This document shows, piece after piece, positions 29,742 through 38,679 of a DNA stretch of 64,000 bases. Location: the NCBI GenBank assembly GCA_007130585.1, contig SLSE01000030.1, positions 4,267-68,266 on the forward strand. Reading direction: 5' to 3'. Both the position numbers and the translations under genes were made by a program. This stretch comes from Syntrophomonadaceae bacterium (GTDB lineage: Bacteria; Bacillota; Dethiobacteria; DTU022). Positions within the stretch are counted from its first letter, which is position 1, and each line of letters opens with the position of its first letter. The notes beneath the pieces were generated by a model. That model searched no databases and was not told the DNA's origin. It worked only from the letters and a program-made list of their open reading frames with translations.

Positions 29742-32180
29742 TTACCTCCCGACAGTCCTGTAAAAATTTCTGACCACCGAGCGCTTATTCATGCTGTCGC
29801 TCTGGCACTGGCAGGCATGATGAACCAGGGCGTCTTTCTTCGTCCCGGCAGCTTCTGAAACTTTCAGTTTTTCCTGCTCAACCACCGAAAACAGGCCCAG
29901 GCCGCGGCTGAAGCGCCCTTCGTAAAGATATGCCGTTCCGGGGTGTTCCCCTGTCGGACACGGCCACTGGAGGCTTCCTTGCGCCAGCCTCTCGTATGAC
30001 ATACCGGCATACTGGGGCGTGAGGGAGGCCATTTCGTCAAAAACGTCGCCAGCGCCGTCGTAAGCCCAGTCAAATCCCAGCCATCCGGCCAGTTCAGCAA
30101 TGATCGCCCAGCCCGGGAAAGCATCCCCCGGCGGTTTTACCGCCGGCCGGGTAAGCTGCACCCGCCGTTCTGTATTGGTATAGGTGCCCTGTTGCTCGGC
30201 AAAAGCGGCAGCAGGCAGGACCACATCGGCCAGGGCGGCAGTTTCGGTCATAAAGATATCCTGGACGACCAGGAAGTCCAGGCCGGCCAGGTAGCAGGCG
30301 GTTTCCTCATCTTCTCCTCCGACACAGGTGACCGGGTTTTCATCCAGAATCAACATCGCTTTAATTTTATCCCCGGCGCCGCCCTCAAAAACATCGGCCG
30401 CGGAAAGTCCCTCCTGGTCACTGATATCGGTACCCCAGGCCCGGGCAAACTTAACACGGACTGATTTTTCCTTAACAGGCTGGTAGCCCGTTAAAACAGC
30501 AGGCAGGGCGCCCATGTCGGAAGCCCCCTGCAGGTTGTTTTCACCGTAGGGCAGGTACAGGCCGGCTGATTCTTTCCCCAGGTTGCCCGTGAGCAGGGCC
30601 AGGTTGGCCAGGGCCAGGACCAGCCCGCCGTTTCCGGCAGAGTAATCCATGCCGACCGTGGAAATAATAGCAGCGCTCCCGGCGCCGGCGTAAGCGCGTG
30701 CAGCGCTGCGCAAATCTTCTTCGCTGATGCCGGTGACTTCGGCAGTGTAGCGGGGAGTGTATTCGGCAACAGCAGCCCTGAAAGCATCGTAACCCTCGGT
30801 GCGCCGGTCAATAAAAAGCTGATCCTGAAGACCCTCTTCAATAATCGCGTTGGCAATTCCGTTAACGAGGGCAACCGCGCTTCCATCCCTGAGGGTGAGG
30901 TGATGATGGGCAATATCGGTCAGGCCGATCGGATCGGGATCGGCAACAATCAGTTTTGCCCCTTTCCGGACCGCTTCGCGCACCCTGTAGCTGATTATCG
31001 GGTGGCTCACGTAAGGATCGGCGGCAATTACGAATACCGCCCCGGTTGAGGCCAGCTCTTCAATGCTGTTGGTCATGGCAGCGCTGCCGAACGCCTTCAT
31101 CATACCGTCCACCGCCGGTGCATGGCAGTGCCTGGTATAACTGTCGACATTGTTAGTTCCCAGGAAGCGGATCAGTTTTTGAAAAAGGTAGCTTTCCTCG
31201 TTGGTTGTTTTGGGCGAGCAAAGGCCCATGATCGCGTCGCTGCCATAGCGTTCCATTATCTCTTCAATACTGTCAGCAATGAACCCAAGCGCTTCTTCCC
31301 AGCTCACTTCTATAAAAACGCCGTTCGACTTGACCAGGGGGCTGGTAAGCCGGTCACCGCTTTGCAGGTAATCCCAGCCGAACTTGCCCCTGGCGCAGAG
31401 ATGGCCCCGGTTAACGGGGTTTTCCTCCACCGGGGTAACCCCGATCACTTCGTTGTCCTTAACATGCAAATATATGTTGCAGCCCACGCTGCAGTAGGGG
31501 CAAACGGACCTGGTCTTTTCAACCTGCCAGGGGCGTCCCTTGCTGAAACTGTACTTCGGTATCAATGCCCCGACCGGACAGCTGTCCATGCAAAGGCCGC
31601 AAAATATACAGGTGGAGTCTTCAATCGGATCTTCAAAAGGGGGAGCGACATTGGATGTAAATCCGCGCCTGGCAAAATCGATCGCGCCGGCCCCGATCAC
31701 ATCCTGGCACTTGCCAACACAGATCCCGCAAAGAATGCATTTATTCATGTCCCGTAAAAAGAAAGCGTTCGTATCATCGTAATCAAGCTTCTTTACTTCA
31801 CCGCCGTAGTTGCTGTCGGCTACGCCGTAACGGTAACAGTAGTCCTGGAGCTTGCATTCCCCCGTCTTTTCGCAGGTTATGCAGTCCAGGGGGTGGTTGG
31901 CAACCAGCAGGGTCAGAACTTCCCTGCGGGCGCGGATTACCCTTTCGGATTCGGTATGGATCACCATACCGCTGCCGGCGGGGGCAACGCATGAAGCCAC
32001 CAGGGTTCGCGCATTCTCAACCTCGACCAGGCAGATCCTGCAGGCCCCGTTTGGCGGCAGTTCCGAATCGTAGCAAAAAGTGGGGATGTCCCTGCCCAGC
32101 CGGCGGGCGGCTTCCAGGATAGTTGTACCCGGAGCTACTTCAACCTCTGTTCCGTCGATAGTCAGTTTAATTGCTGACAT
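29742..32180 (-). CDS. fdhA: formate dehydrogenase catalytic (alpha) subunit, NuoG-like N-terminus, Cys-type (no selenocysteine)
   Basis: N-terminal 2Fe-2S region (CYDSELPPNGACRICLVEV) and 4Fe-4S cysteine clusters, then a molybdopterin oxidoreductase domain (CPYCSVGCNIYLH...NRGHLCARGKFGW). The E. coli FdhF Sec position aligns with Cys in TRHCHAPAVDG. There is no in-frame TGA. Confidence 0.85.
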   Translation of the reverse strand: MSAIKLTIDGTEVEVAPGTTILEAARRLGRDIPTFCYDSELPPNGACRICLVEVENARTLVASCVAPAGSGMVIHTESERVIRARREVLTLLVANHPLDCITCEKTGECKLQDYCYRYGVADSNYGGEVKKLDYDDTNAFFLRDMNKCILCGICVGKCQDVIGAGAIDFARRGFTSNVAPPFEDPIEDSTCIFCGLCMDSCPVGALIPKYSFSKGRPWQVEKTRSVCPYCSVGCNIYLHVKDNEVIGVTPVEENPVNRGHLCARGKFGWDYLQSGDRLTSPLVKSNGVFIEVSWEEALGFIADSIEEIMERYGSDAIMGLCSPKTTNEESYLFQKLIRFLGTNNVDSYTRHCHAPAVDGMMKAFGSAAMTNSIEELASTGAVFVIAADPYVSHPIISYRVREAVRKGAKLIVADPDPIGLTDIAHHHLTLRDGSAVALVNGIANAIIEEGLQDQLFIDRRTEGYDAFRAAVAEYTPRYTAEVTGISEEDLRSAARAYAGAGSAAIISTVGMDYSAGNGGLVLALANLALLTGNLGKESAGLYLPYGENNLQGASDMGALPAVLTGYQPVKEKSVRVKFARAWGTDISDQEGLSAADVFEGGAGDKIKAMLILDENPVTCVGGEDEETACYLAGLDFLVVQDIFMTETAALADVVLPAAAFAEQQGTYTNTERRVQLTRPAVKPPGDAFPGWAIIAELAGWLGFDWAYDGAGDVFDEMASLTPQYAGMSYERLAQGSLQWPCPTGEHPGTAYLYEGRFSRGLGLFSVVEQEKLKVSEAAGTKKDALVHHACQCQSDSMNKRSVVRNFYRTVGR

Positions 32181-33984
32181 CGGCTTCCCTCCTTACAGGC
32201 GCGACCACGATACAGTCCTGGCGGCATTTTTCCACGCAGCTGCCGCATCTGGTGCACAATTCCCGGATAATTTCGTGAGGTTCTTTTTTCTCGCCTTTTA
32301 TTGCATCAACGGGGCAGACCCGGACACAGGCCCGGCAACCGGTGCATTTTTCTTCATCAATTTTGTAATAGAAAAGTTCCTTGCAAACCCCGGCCCGGCA
32401 AAATTTATCGGTAATGTGCTCTTCATATTCAGGCCTGAAGTAGCGGATCGTACTCAGGACAGGGTTGGGACAGGTCTGCCCCAGTCCGCAGAGGGAGCTG
32501 TCTTTTATGCTTACGGCAAGGTTGTCCAGGATCTCCAGATCGGCCGGCTCGCCAAGGCCTTCGGAAATCCGGTCCAGGATCTCGAGCATGCGTTTTGTTC
32601 CTTCCCGGCAGGGCGTACACTTGCCGCATGATTCTTTCTGGGTAAAGCTGAGGAAATACCGGGCCAGGTCAACCATACAGGTCCGTTCATCCATAACCAC
32701 CAGCCCGCCAGAGCCCATGATCGCACCGGCCTGGTTTAGGGAATCGTAGTCAATGGGCAGATCAATCAGATCAACGGGGATACAGCCGCCGGAGGGACCG
32801 CCGGCCTGGACGGCTTTAAATTCCCGGCCGCCTTTTATCCCGCCCCCGACATCGTATATAATTTCCCTGATCGTAATTCCCATCGGTACTTCACAAAGGC
32901 CGGTATTGCGAATTTTACCGGCCAGGGCAAAAACCTTTGTTCCCTTGCTACCTTCCGTCCCAACCTTCCTGAATTCAGCAGCGCCGCCTTCCCTGACGAT
33001 GAGCGGAATATTGGCCAGGGTTTCTACATTATTTATAGTAGTCGGCGTGCCGAAAAGGCCGGACTGGGCCGGAAACGGAGGGCGGGGACGCGGCATGCCC
33101 CGTTTGCCTTCTATCGAAGCAAGAAGGGCTGTTTCTTCACCGCAAACAAATGCTCCCGCCCCTTCCTTGATATGCAGCCTGAAGTTAAAACCGTAGCCGA
33201 GAATGTTTTCACCGAGCAGCCCGTATTCTTCAGCTTTCTCAATGGCAATTCTTAATCGTTTGATGGCCAGGGGGTATTCAGCCCGGCAGTAGATATAGCC
33301 TTCGTCTGCGCCGATAGCCCGGCCGCAGATCAGCATACCCTCCAGGATGGCATGGGGATCACCTTCCAAAATACTGCGATCCATAAAAGCGCCGGGGTCG
33401 CCTTCATCGGCATTGCAAACCACGTATTTTTTTGAACCGGGGGCTTTATTGGTAAATTCCCACTTCAGACCGGTAGAAAAACCTGCCCCGCCGCGCCCCC
33501 GCAGCCCGGAGTGCTTGACTTCTTCGCAAATTGCAGAAGGTTCCATCTCCAGGGAGCGAGTGAAGGCGCGGTAACCGCCGCGCATGATATATTCATCAAT
33601 ACTCTCGGGATCGATTATTCCGCTGTTTCTTAATACATTAAATTTTTGCTTGGCGTAAAAGGGTATCGTATCATAAAAGCGGGAGGGAACATCGACATCG
33701 GGGCCCCTGTATAGTAATCTCTCGACTATTTCCCCCCCGACCAGGTGTTTTTCAACAAGCTCGGCCATATCTTTCGGCTTCAGGCGGCAGTAAAATACCT
33801 CGTCAGGGTAAACAACGATAATCGGCCCGACCTCGCAGAATCCCGGGCAGCCCCCCATTACCAGGCGGAATTTATCTTTAATCCCCTTCTTTTCAAGCTC
33901 TTCAACCAGGGCCTGCTCCACAAGGTGCGAACCTGAGGAAAGGCAGCCTGTTGCGCCGCAAATCATGAGGTGTTTATCATACAA
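32167..33984 (-). CDS. NAD(P)H-binding flavoprotein subunit (NuoF/HndC/FdhB-like) with thioredoxin-like 2Fe-2S N-domain and C-terminal 2x[4Fe-4S] ferredoxin
   Basis: GRGGAGFSTGLKW FMN/NADH site, a 51-kDa-subunit 4Fe-4S motif, and C-terminal CTGCRACVRVCP / CTRCGSCVEKC. It overlaps the fdhA start by 14 nt; SD AAGGGAGG. Confidence 0.85.
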   Translation of the reverse strand: MYDKHLMICGATGCLSSGSHLVEQALVEELEKKGIKDKFRLVMGGCPGFCEVGPIIVVYPDEVFYCRLKPKDMAELVEKHLVGGEIVERLLYRGPDVDVPSRFYDTIPFYAKQKFNVLRNSGIIDPESIDEYIMRGGYRAFTRSLEMEPSAICEEVKHSGLRGRGGAGFSTGLKWEFTNKAPGSKKYVVCNADEGDPGAFMDRSILEGDPHAILEGMLICGRAIGADEGYIYCRAEYPLAIKRLRIAIEKAEEYGLLGENILGYGFNFRLHIKEGAGAFVCGEETALLASIEGKRGMPRPRPPFPAQSGLFGTPTTINNVETLANIPLIVREGGAAEFRKVGTEGSKGTKVFALAGKIRNTGLCEVPMGITIREIIYDVGGGIKGGREFKAVQAGGPSGGCIPVDLIDLPIDYDSLNQAGAIMGSGGLVVMDERTCMVDLARYFLSFTQKESCGKCTPCREGTKRMLEILDRISEGLGEPADLEILDNLAVSIKDSSLCGLGQTCPNPVLSTIRYFRPEYEEHITDKFCRAGVCKELFYYKIDEEKCTGCRACVRVCPVDAIKGEKKEPHEIIRELCTRCGSCVEKCRQDCIVVAPVRREADVSN

Positions 33985-34023
33985 TATATCCTTACCTCCC
34001 TTTTCAGCAGCATATCCTCTTTG

Positions 34024-34203
34024 CTAGCAGATAATAAATTTTTCGTTTAAAGCCACTTTCTCCATAATAATTTTTCTTTTTTGGGCACAGGTTTCATTTT
34101 CATGACATACAGGCCCTTCCAGGCAGCACCTGACAAAATCCCTGCAGGGGCTTTCCTTTGTATGGGTGCACTCATCACAGCAGTGATCGATAAATTTTTC
34201 CAC
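34024..34203 (-). CDS. candidate 59-aa cysteine-rich small protein between nuoE-like and nuoF-like genes
   Basis: Not in the ORF track (under 60 aa, GTG start). GTG at 34203 has a strong SD GGAGGGAG 6 nt upstream. It encodes VEKFIDHCCDECTHTKESPCRDFVRCCLEGPVCHENETCAQKRKIIMEKVALNEKFIIC with 9 Cys, and ends 40 nt before the nuoF-like ATG. Confidence 0.4.
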   Translation of the reverse strand: MEKFIDHCCDECTHTKESPCRDFVRCCLEGPVCHENETCAQKRKIIMEKVALNEKFIIC

Positions 34204-34222
34204 AGGAACTCCCTCCAGCTTT

Positions 34223-34717
34223 TTATTGATAGTTATCCAGAATATCTTTTACTTTATCGGGGCTGAGCCGGCCGTGCGGATCATCGTTGATCATAATTAC
34301 CGGAGCCAGGGCACAGGCGCCGATACAGGCCACCTCTTCCAGGGTAAAGCGCAGATCATCGGTGGTTTCTCCGCTTTCAATGCCTAAAGTCTCTTCGATG
34401 CGTTCGGCAATCTTCGGGCTGCCCTGGATATGGCAGGCCGTTCCCTTGCACACCCTGATAATGTAGCGCCCGCGCGGCTTCATTTTAAACTGGGCATAAA
34501 ATGTGGCCACGCCGTACAGCCTGCTCAGGGGCACGCGCATCCGCTTTGAAACCTGCTCCATCGCGGGGCGCGGCAGGTAGCCGAAATGGTTTTGCACTTT
34601 CTGCAGGGCGGGAATCATCATTTCTTTCCTGCCGAGATACGGCTCTATCAAAGAATCAACCCGCTCGAGATCAATTCCTTCAGTAACTGTTTCTTCAGCC
34701 TCTATTTCCCTGTTCAA
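34223..34717 (-). CDS. NuoE/HndA-like thioredoxin-fold 2Fe-2S subunit
   Basis: CKGTACHIQGSPKI...VACIGACALAPVIMIND places the four Cys in the 24-kDa-subunit arrangement. TTG start with SD GGGAGG. Confidence 0.85.
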   Translation of the reverse strand: MNREIEAEETVTEGIDLERVDSLIEPYLGRKEMMIPALQKVQNHFGYLPRPAMEQVSKRMRVPLSRLYGVATFYAQFKMKPRGRYIIRVCKGTACHIQGSPKIAERIEETLGIESGETTDDLRFTLEEVACIGACALAPVIMINDDPHGRLSPDKVKDILDNYQ

Positions 34718-34932
34718 AGCGCCGACCTCCCGATCAAAGAGTTGAAGTCAGTAAGCAGGGCCGGACGAACCCCCGGGCCCGGGCTGCGCGGAGACATAAA
34801 AAGCTTCTCCTTATCCCGGCCCAAAAAACAGTCCGCTGCCTCTTCTTACGACCGTCATGTTTTTTGCCGTATGCACACTTTTACTATAATTACACTAAAC
34901 GGCTTCTCAATCCTGCCGGTTATATAAAAATT

Positions 34933-35625
34933 TCAGATCAGCCGGAGGGGGGTAAAGTTGATGCCGTCAGCAGCTACAAAACGGTATTCGGTCCCCCTCA
35001 TTTTACCCTGAAAAATAAAGTCCCGCCCGCTGTCATGGATGTGGCCGAATACACAGAGCTTAACAGAAAAATACTCCAGTAAATCTGTAAACTCACTGGG
35101 GCGGTTTCTCCTGTTGTACGGCGGGAAGTGCAGGGCGGCAATTATTTCCGCCGGGGATTGACGGGCAGCGCTTTCCAGGGACAGGCGCAGGCGTCCGGCT
35201 TCTCTCCGGTAAAGTTTTTGGTCGTGTTCGCTCTCATAACCTTCCTCGCCGGGGCAGATCCAGCCCCTGGTCCCGCATACGGCCCGGCCATCCCATGTAA
35301 AATGATCGTTCTGCAGGGCGTGCACCGTCGGAGGCAAAACGGCACGGACTTTCGAAACCGAGCTCCACCAGTAGTCGTGATTGCCCCTGATCAGTAGTTT
35401 AGTGCCTTTCAGGGCGCCCAGCCATTGCAGATCGGGCACAGCTTCAGGCAGACGCATCGCCCAGGAAATATCGCCGGCAACAATAACAAGGTCATCACTG
35501 CCGACAACCCTGTTCCAGTTGCTTTGCAGTTTTTCGGCATGGTTTTCCCACTCAGGACCGAAAACATCCATCGGTTTTGACCGGTCCATGGAAAGATGCA
35601 AATCTCCTATAGCAAATATTCCCAT
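34933..35625 (-). CDS. metallophosphoesterase (calcineurin-like)
   Basis: MGIFAIGDLHLS...VIVAGDIS...IRGNHDYWW match the metallophosphatase motifs I-III. Confidence 0.8.
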   Translation of the reverse strand: MGIFAIGDLHLSMDRSKPMDVFGPEWENHAEKLQSNWNRVVGSDDLVIVAGDISWAMRLPEAVPDLQWLGALKGTKLLIRGNHDYWWSSVSKVRAVLPPTVHALQNDHFTWDGRAVCGTRGWICPGEEGYESEHDQKLYRREAGRLRLSLESAARQSPAEIIAALHFPPYNRRNRPSEFTDLLEYFSVKLCVFGHIHDSGRDFIFQGKMRGTEYRFVAADGINFTPLRLI

Positions 35626-35801
35626 ATTTCACCTCTGCGGCAGGGGAAATTCAGGGTTCAGGGGGTCATAAAAACTTAACCGGGGGCCCGGTTTCCGCCC
35701 CGGAACCGACTCCTGCCCTACATATATTACTAAATCAACAACTAAAATGCAAAAGGTGGTTTTTTCTGCCCATTAACACGTTTTTCTTTTGAAATTAAGC
35801 T

Positions 35802-35830
35802 TTGCAAATATTTTTATAAAATGATATAAT
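35802..35830 (+). promoter_or_regulatory. sigma-A-type promoter for tetR (TTGCAA-17-TATAAT)
   Basis: TTGCAA at 35802-35807 and TATAAT at 35825-35830 with an exact 17-nt AT-rich spacer containing the near-palindrome TTTTTATAAAAT. It lies ~48 nt upstream of the tetR start, which has SD AAAGGAGG. Confidence 0.55.
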
Positions 35831-35878
35831 GTCGCCACAGTTTCACTAAAAACACCATAATAAAGGAGGTTATTTTCT

Positions 35879-36496
35879 GTGGAGCAAAAAACGCCCAGAA
35901 GACCCCGCCGATACCTGCGCAGTCGCATTACCCGTAAACTCATCCTGGATACAGCGCTTGACGTGTTCCTGAATGAAGGATATGCCAAAACCACTATTGC
36001 CAAGATCAGCCAGCAGGCTAAAGTTGGTTATGGCACAGTTTACAGCCACTTTAAGGGAAAAGATGATATTCTAAATAAGGTTGTTGATAACGTCCTTGAT
36101 GAATTTTACAACCTTCTGGAAGTACCTTTCGCGCCTGAAACCCAGGAGGAAGCACGAAGCGCTTATTATGAACTGGTGCTTACTTCTTTCCGCCTGGCCG
36201 AACAGCACCGCCCGATTATGAAAGTTTACCAGGAAGCCCTCGGCCAATCAGACTCAATCGCCGAACACTGGGAAGACATCATCAGCCAGTTTATTAAAAG
36301 CTCTTCCCGCTCTTTCGTTTATTCGCAGGAAAAAGGCCTGGCCAAAGATTTTGATATCCACCTGGGAGCCAAGGCTTACATATTACTGGTAGATCGCTTT
36401 ATATGGGAAGTAGTAAATGAAAAGGAAGACAATCTCGAGCATATTGCCAGCACAATTATGGATATGTTGTTCCATGGTTTTTTGAAACCTGAATAA
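35879..36496 (+). CDS. TetR/AcrR family transcriptional regulator
   Basis: HTH LDTALDVFLNEGYAKTTIAKISQQAKVGYGTVYSHFKGKDDIL, 205 aa. Confidence 0.85.
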   Translation: MEQKTPRRPRRYLRSRITRKLILDTALDVFLNEGYAKTTIAKISQQAKVGYGTVYSHFKGKDDILNKVVDNVLDEFYNLLEVPFAPETQEEARSAYYELVLTSFRLAEQHRPIMKVYQEALGQSDSIAEHWEDIISQFIKSSSRSFVYSQEKGLAKDFDIHLGAKAYILLVDRFIWEVVNEKEDNLEHIASTIMDMLFHGFLKPE

Positions 36497-36555
36497 TGTT
36501 TGTTTTGAACCTTAATACTTTAATGCCCGGGCAAACCACGGCCCGGGCTTTAATT

Positions 36556-37137
36556 TTATTGCCGGTTCCGGCATTCAATGATCCGCGTTTCGGTAATGAT
36601 TATATCCACGCGGCGGTCCCATTCATCGACGGGGACTTCATCAACGACCTGCAGTTCAAAAGTTGGAGCAACCAGCGGAACCCGCGGCCTGAGAAGTGGA
36701 AAAAAGCGGTCGTAATAGCCGCCCCCGTAACCGAGGCGGTTTCCCTTTTCATCAAATGCCACCCCGGGGACAATTAGCAGGTCGATTGTTTCAACCCCGC
36801 AGGGCCGCAGGGCATGGTCGCCGGGTTCGGGTATGTTGTAGGCTCCCGGAACCAGGTCTCGTTCCCAGTCAATGATCTGCGAGGGGATCATCTCCCGCTT
36901 TTCCGGTACAGGCCTGGGAGCAAGCGCTACTTTACCGCTGCTTATTGTTTCTTCGACCATGGCCCTGGTGTCAATTTCTGTGCCGAAGGTAATAAAAAAC
37001 ATTATTTTACCGGCTTCACGGTACTCCGGCAGGCTGAACAGTTTTTCTTTAATCAGGCGGCTTTTTTCTTTAATCTCTTCCCCGGTCAGCTGATCGCGCC
37101 TCTTAATTATTTTTTTACGTAATTCCTTTTTATTCAT
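36556..37137 (-). CDS. 5-formyltetrahydrofolate cyclo-ligase
   Basis: MTHFS pattern ...GKIMFFITFGTEIDT...LLIVPGVAFDEKGNRLGYGGGYYDRF. Start at ATG 37137 with SD AGGAG, 11 nt after the proS stop. Confidence 0.8.
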   Translation of the reverse strand: MNKKELRKKIIKRRDQLTGEEIKEKSRLIKEKLFSLPEYREAGKIMFFITFGTEIDTRAMVEETISSGKVALAPRPVPEKREMIPSQIIDWERDLVPGAYNIPEPGDHALRPCGVETIDLLIVPGVAFDEKGNRLGYGGGYYDRFFPLLRPRVPLVAPTFELQVVDEVPVDEWDRRVDIIITETRIIECRNRQ

Positions 37138-37147
37138 CCGGCTACTC

Positions 37148-38629
37148 CTAGTAAGCCCGGGCAAAGTAGGCGGCTTCTACGGCTTTTCCTCCACAGGCAA
37201 AGCATTTATCGCCTTCCGGTTCCCTGTCGAACGGCAGGCAGCGAATTGTAGCCCTGGTTTCGTTTTTCACTTTTTCTTCACAGGAGTCATCACCGCACCA
37301 GGGAGCAAGGAACAGCCCGCGTTCAGTTTCCATAATCTTTTTGAATTCCTCGTAATCAGAACCGCTGCGGGTATTTGCTTCCCGGAATTCCAGGGCTTTC
37401 TGGAGCATGTCGTCCTGGATCCGGTCCAGAAGCCCGGGCAGTAAGGCAGGCAGTTCTTCGCGGGCTATAAACTCTTTATCGCCTGTATCCCTCCGCACTA
37501 TAACAACATGGCCTTTGTCCAGGTCCCGGGGACCGATTTCGATACGGATCGGGACTCCCCGCATCTCCCACTCGTTGTACTTCCAGCCCGGCGAGTATTC
37601 CTCGCGATCGTCCAGCTTAATGCGGACCTGTCCCTTCAGTTGCTCTTCCAGTTCGCGGGCCGAATTAAGGACCCGTTCCCGATCTTTTTTGCTCAGGATG
37701 GGCACAATTACAGCCTGAGTGGGAGCCAGGCGCGGCGGCAGGACCAGGCCGCGGTCATCGCCGTGGACCATGATCAGCGCGCCGATCAGGCGGGTGGAAA
37801 CTCCCCAGCTTGTCTGCCAGACATGTTTAAGCTGATCGTCCTGATCCAGGAATGTAATATCGAAAACCCTGGCAAAATGCTGGCCAAGGTTGTGAGAGGT
37901 GCCTGCCTGCAGGGCGCGCCCGTCTGTCATCAGGGCCTCAACACTGTAGGTTCTCAGGGCCCCGGCAAACTTTTCGCGCTCCGTCTTGCGCCCGGCAATA
38001 GCCGGTATGGCCATCTCTGTTTCCAGAAACTCGCGGTAAACCTCGAGCATCTTGAGAGTTTCTTCTTCCGCCTCTTCCTCGCTGCGATGACAGGTATGCC
38101 CTTCCTGCCACAGGAATTCGGAGGTGCGCAGGAACGGGCGGGTGGATTTCTCCCAGCGGACCACGTTACACCACTGGTTGATTAAAACAGGCAAATCCCG
38201 CCAGGATTGAATCCAGCGGGAGTAGAAATCGCAAATGATGGCTTCAGAAGTGGGCCTGACTGCCAGCGGTTCATTTAATATTTCGTTTCCGCCCCTGGTT
38301 ACCCAGGCAAGCTCGGGGGCAAACCCTTCCACGTGCTCGGCTTCTTTTTCCAGCAGGCTCTGGGGAATAAAGGTCGGAAAGTAAGCGTTCTCATGGCCCG
38401 TTTCTTTAAAGCGCCGGTCCATCTGCTGCTGTATTTTTTCCCAGAGGGCGTAACCTAAAGGCCTGATGGCCATAAAACCTTTCATCGGAGCATAATCCAT
38501 CATCTTCGTTTTCAAAATTACATCGATGTACCACTGCGAATAGTCTACAGCTTTTGGGGTAATCTCTTTTACAAATTCTTTGTCCCGGGACGGCTTATTC
38601 TGCCCGCTTTTCTGCTCCATTAATTCCAC
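37148..38629 (-). CDS. proS: prolyl-tRNA synthetase, archaeal/eukaryotic-type (short, C-terminal Zn-binding domain)
   Basis: 493 aa starting ...YSQWYIDVILKTKMMDYAPMKGFMAIRPLGYALWE and ending with a Cys-containing Zn domain and ...AAYFARAY. It lacks the bacterial-type editing insertion. Confidence 0.9.
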   Translation of the reverse strand: MELMEQKSGQNKPSRDKEFVKEITPKAVDYSQWYIDVILKTKMMDYAPMKGFMAIRPLGYALWEKIQQQMDRRFKETGHENAYFPTFIPQSLLEKEAEHVEGFAPELAWVTRGGNEILNEPLAVRPTSEAIICDFYSRWIQSWRDLPVLINQWCNVVRWEKSTRPFLRTSEFLWQEGHTCHRSEEEAEEETLKMLEVYREFLETEMAIPAIAGRKTEREKFAGALRTYSVEALMTDGRALQAGTSHNLGQHFARVFDITFLDQDDQLKHVWQTSWGVSTRLIGALIMVHGDDRGLVLPPRLAPTQAVIVPILSKKDRERVLNSARELEEQLKGQVRIKLDDREEYSPGWKYNEWEMRGVPIRIEIGPRDLDKGHVVIVRRDTGDKEFIAREELPALLPGLLDRIQDDMLQKALEFREANTRSGSDYEEFKKIMETERGLFLAPWCGDDSCEEKVKNETRATIRCLPFDREPEGDKCFACGGKAVEAAYFARAY

Positions 38630-38679
38630 CCTTTCCGGTTCTGCATTGCTTATTTTATCTGCTTATTCTAACACAGTTT

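Noticed and set aside
38630-38679. T-box leader upstream of proS
   Set aside because: Only 50 nt separate proS from the upstream gene's stop. There is no room for a T-box (~250 nt) and no AGGGTGGNACCGCG-like T-box sequence is present.
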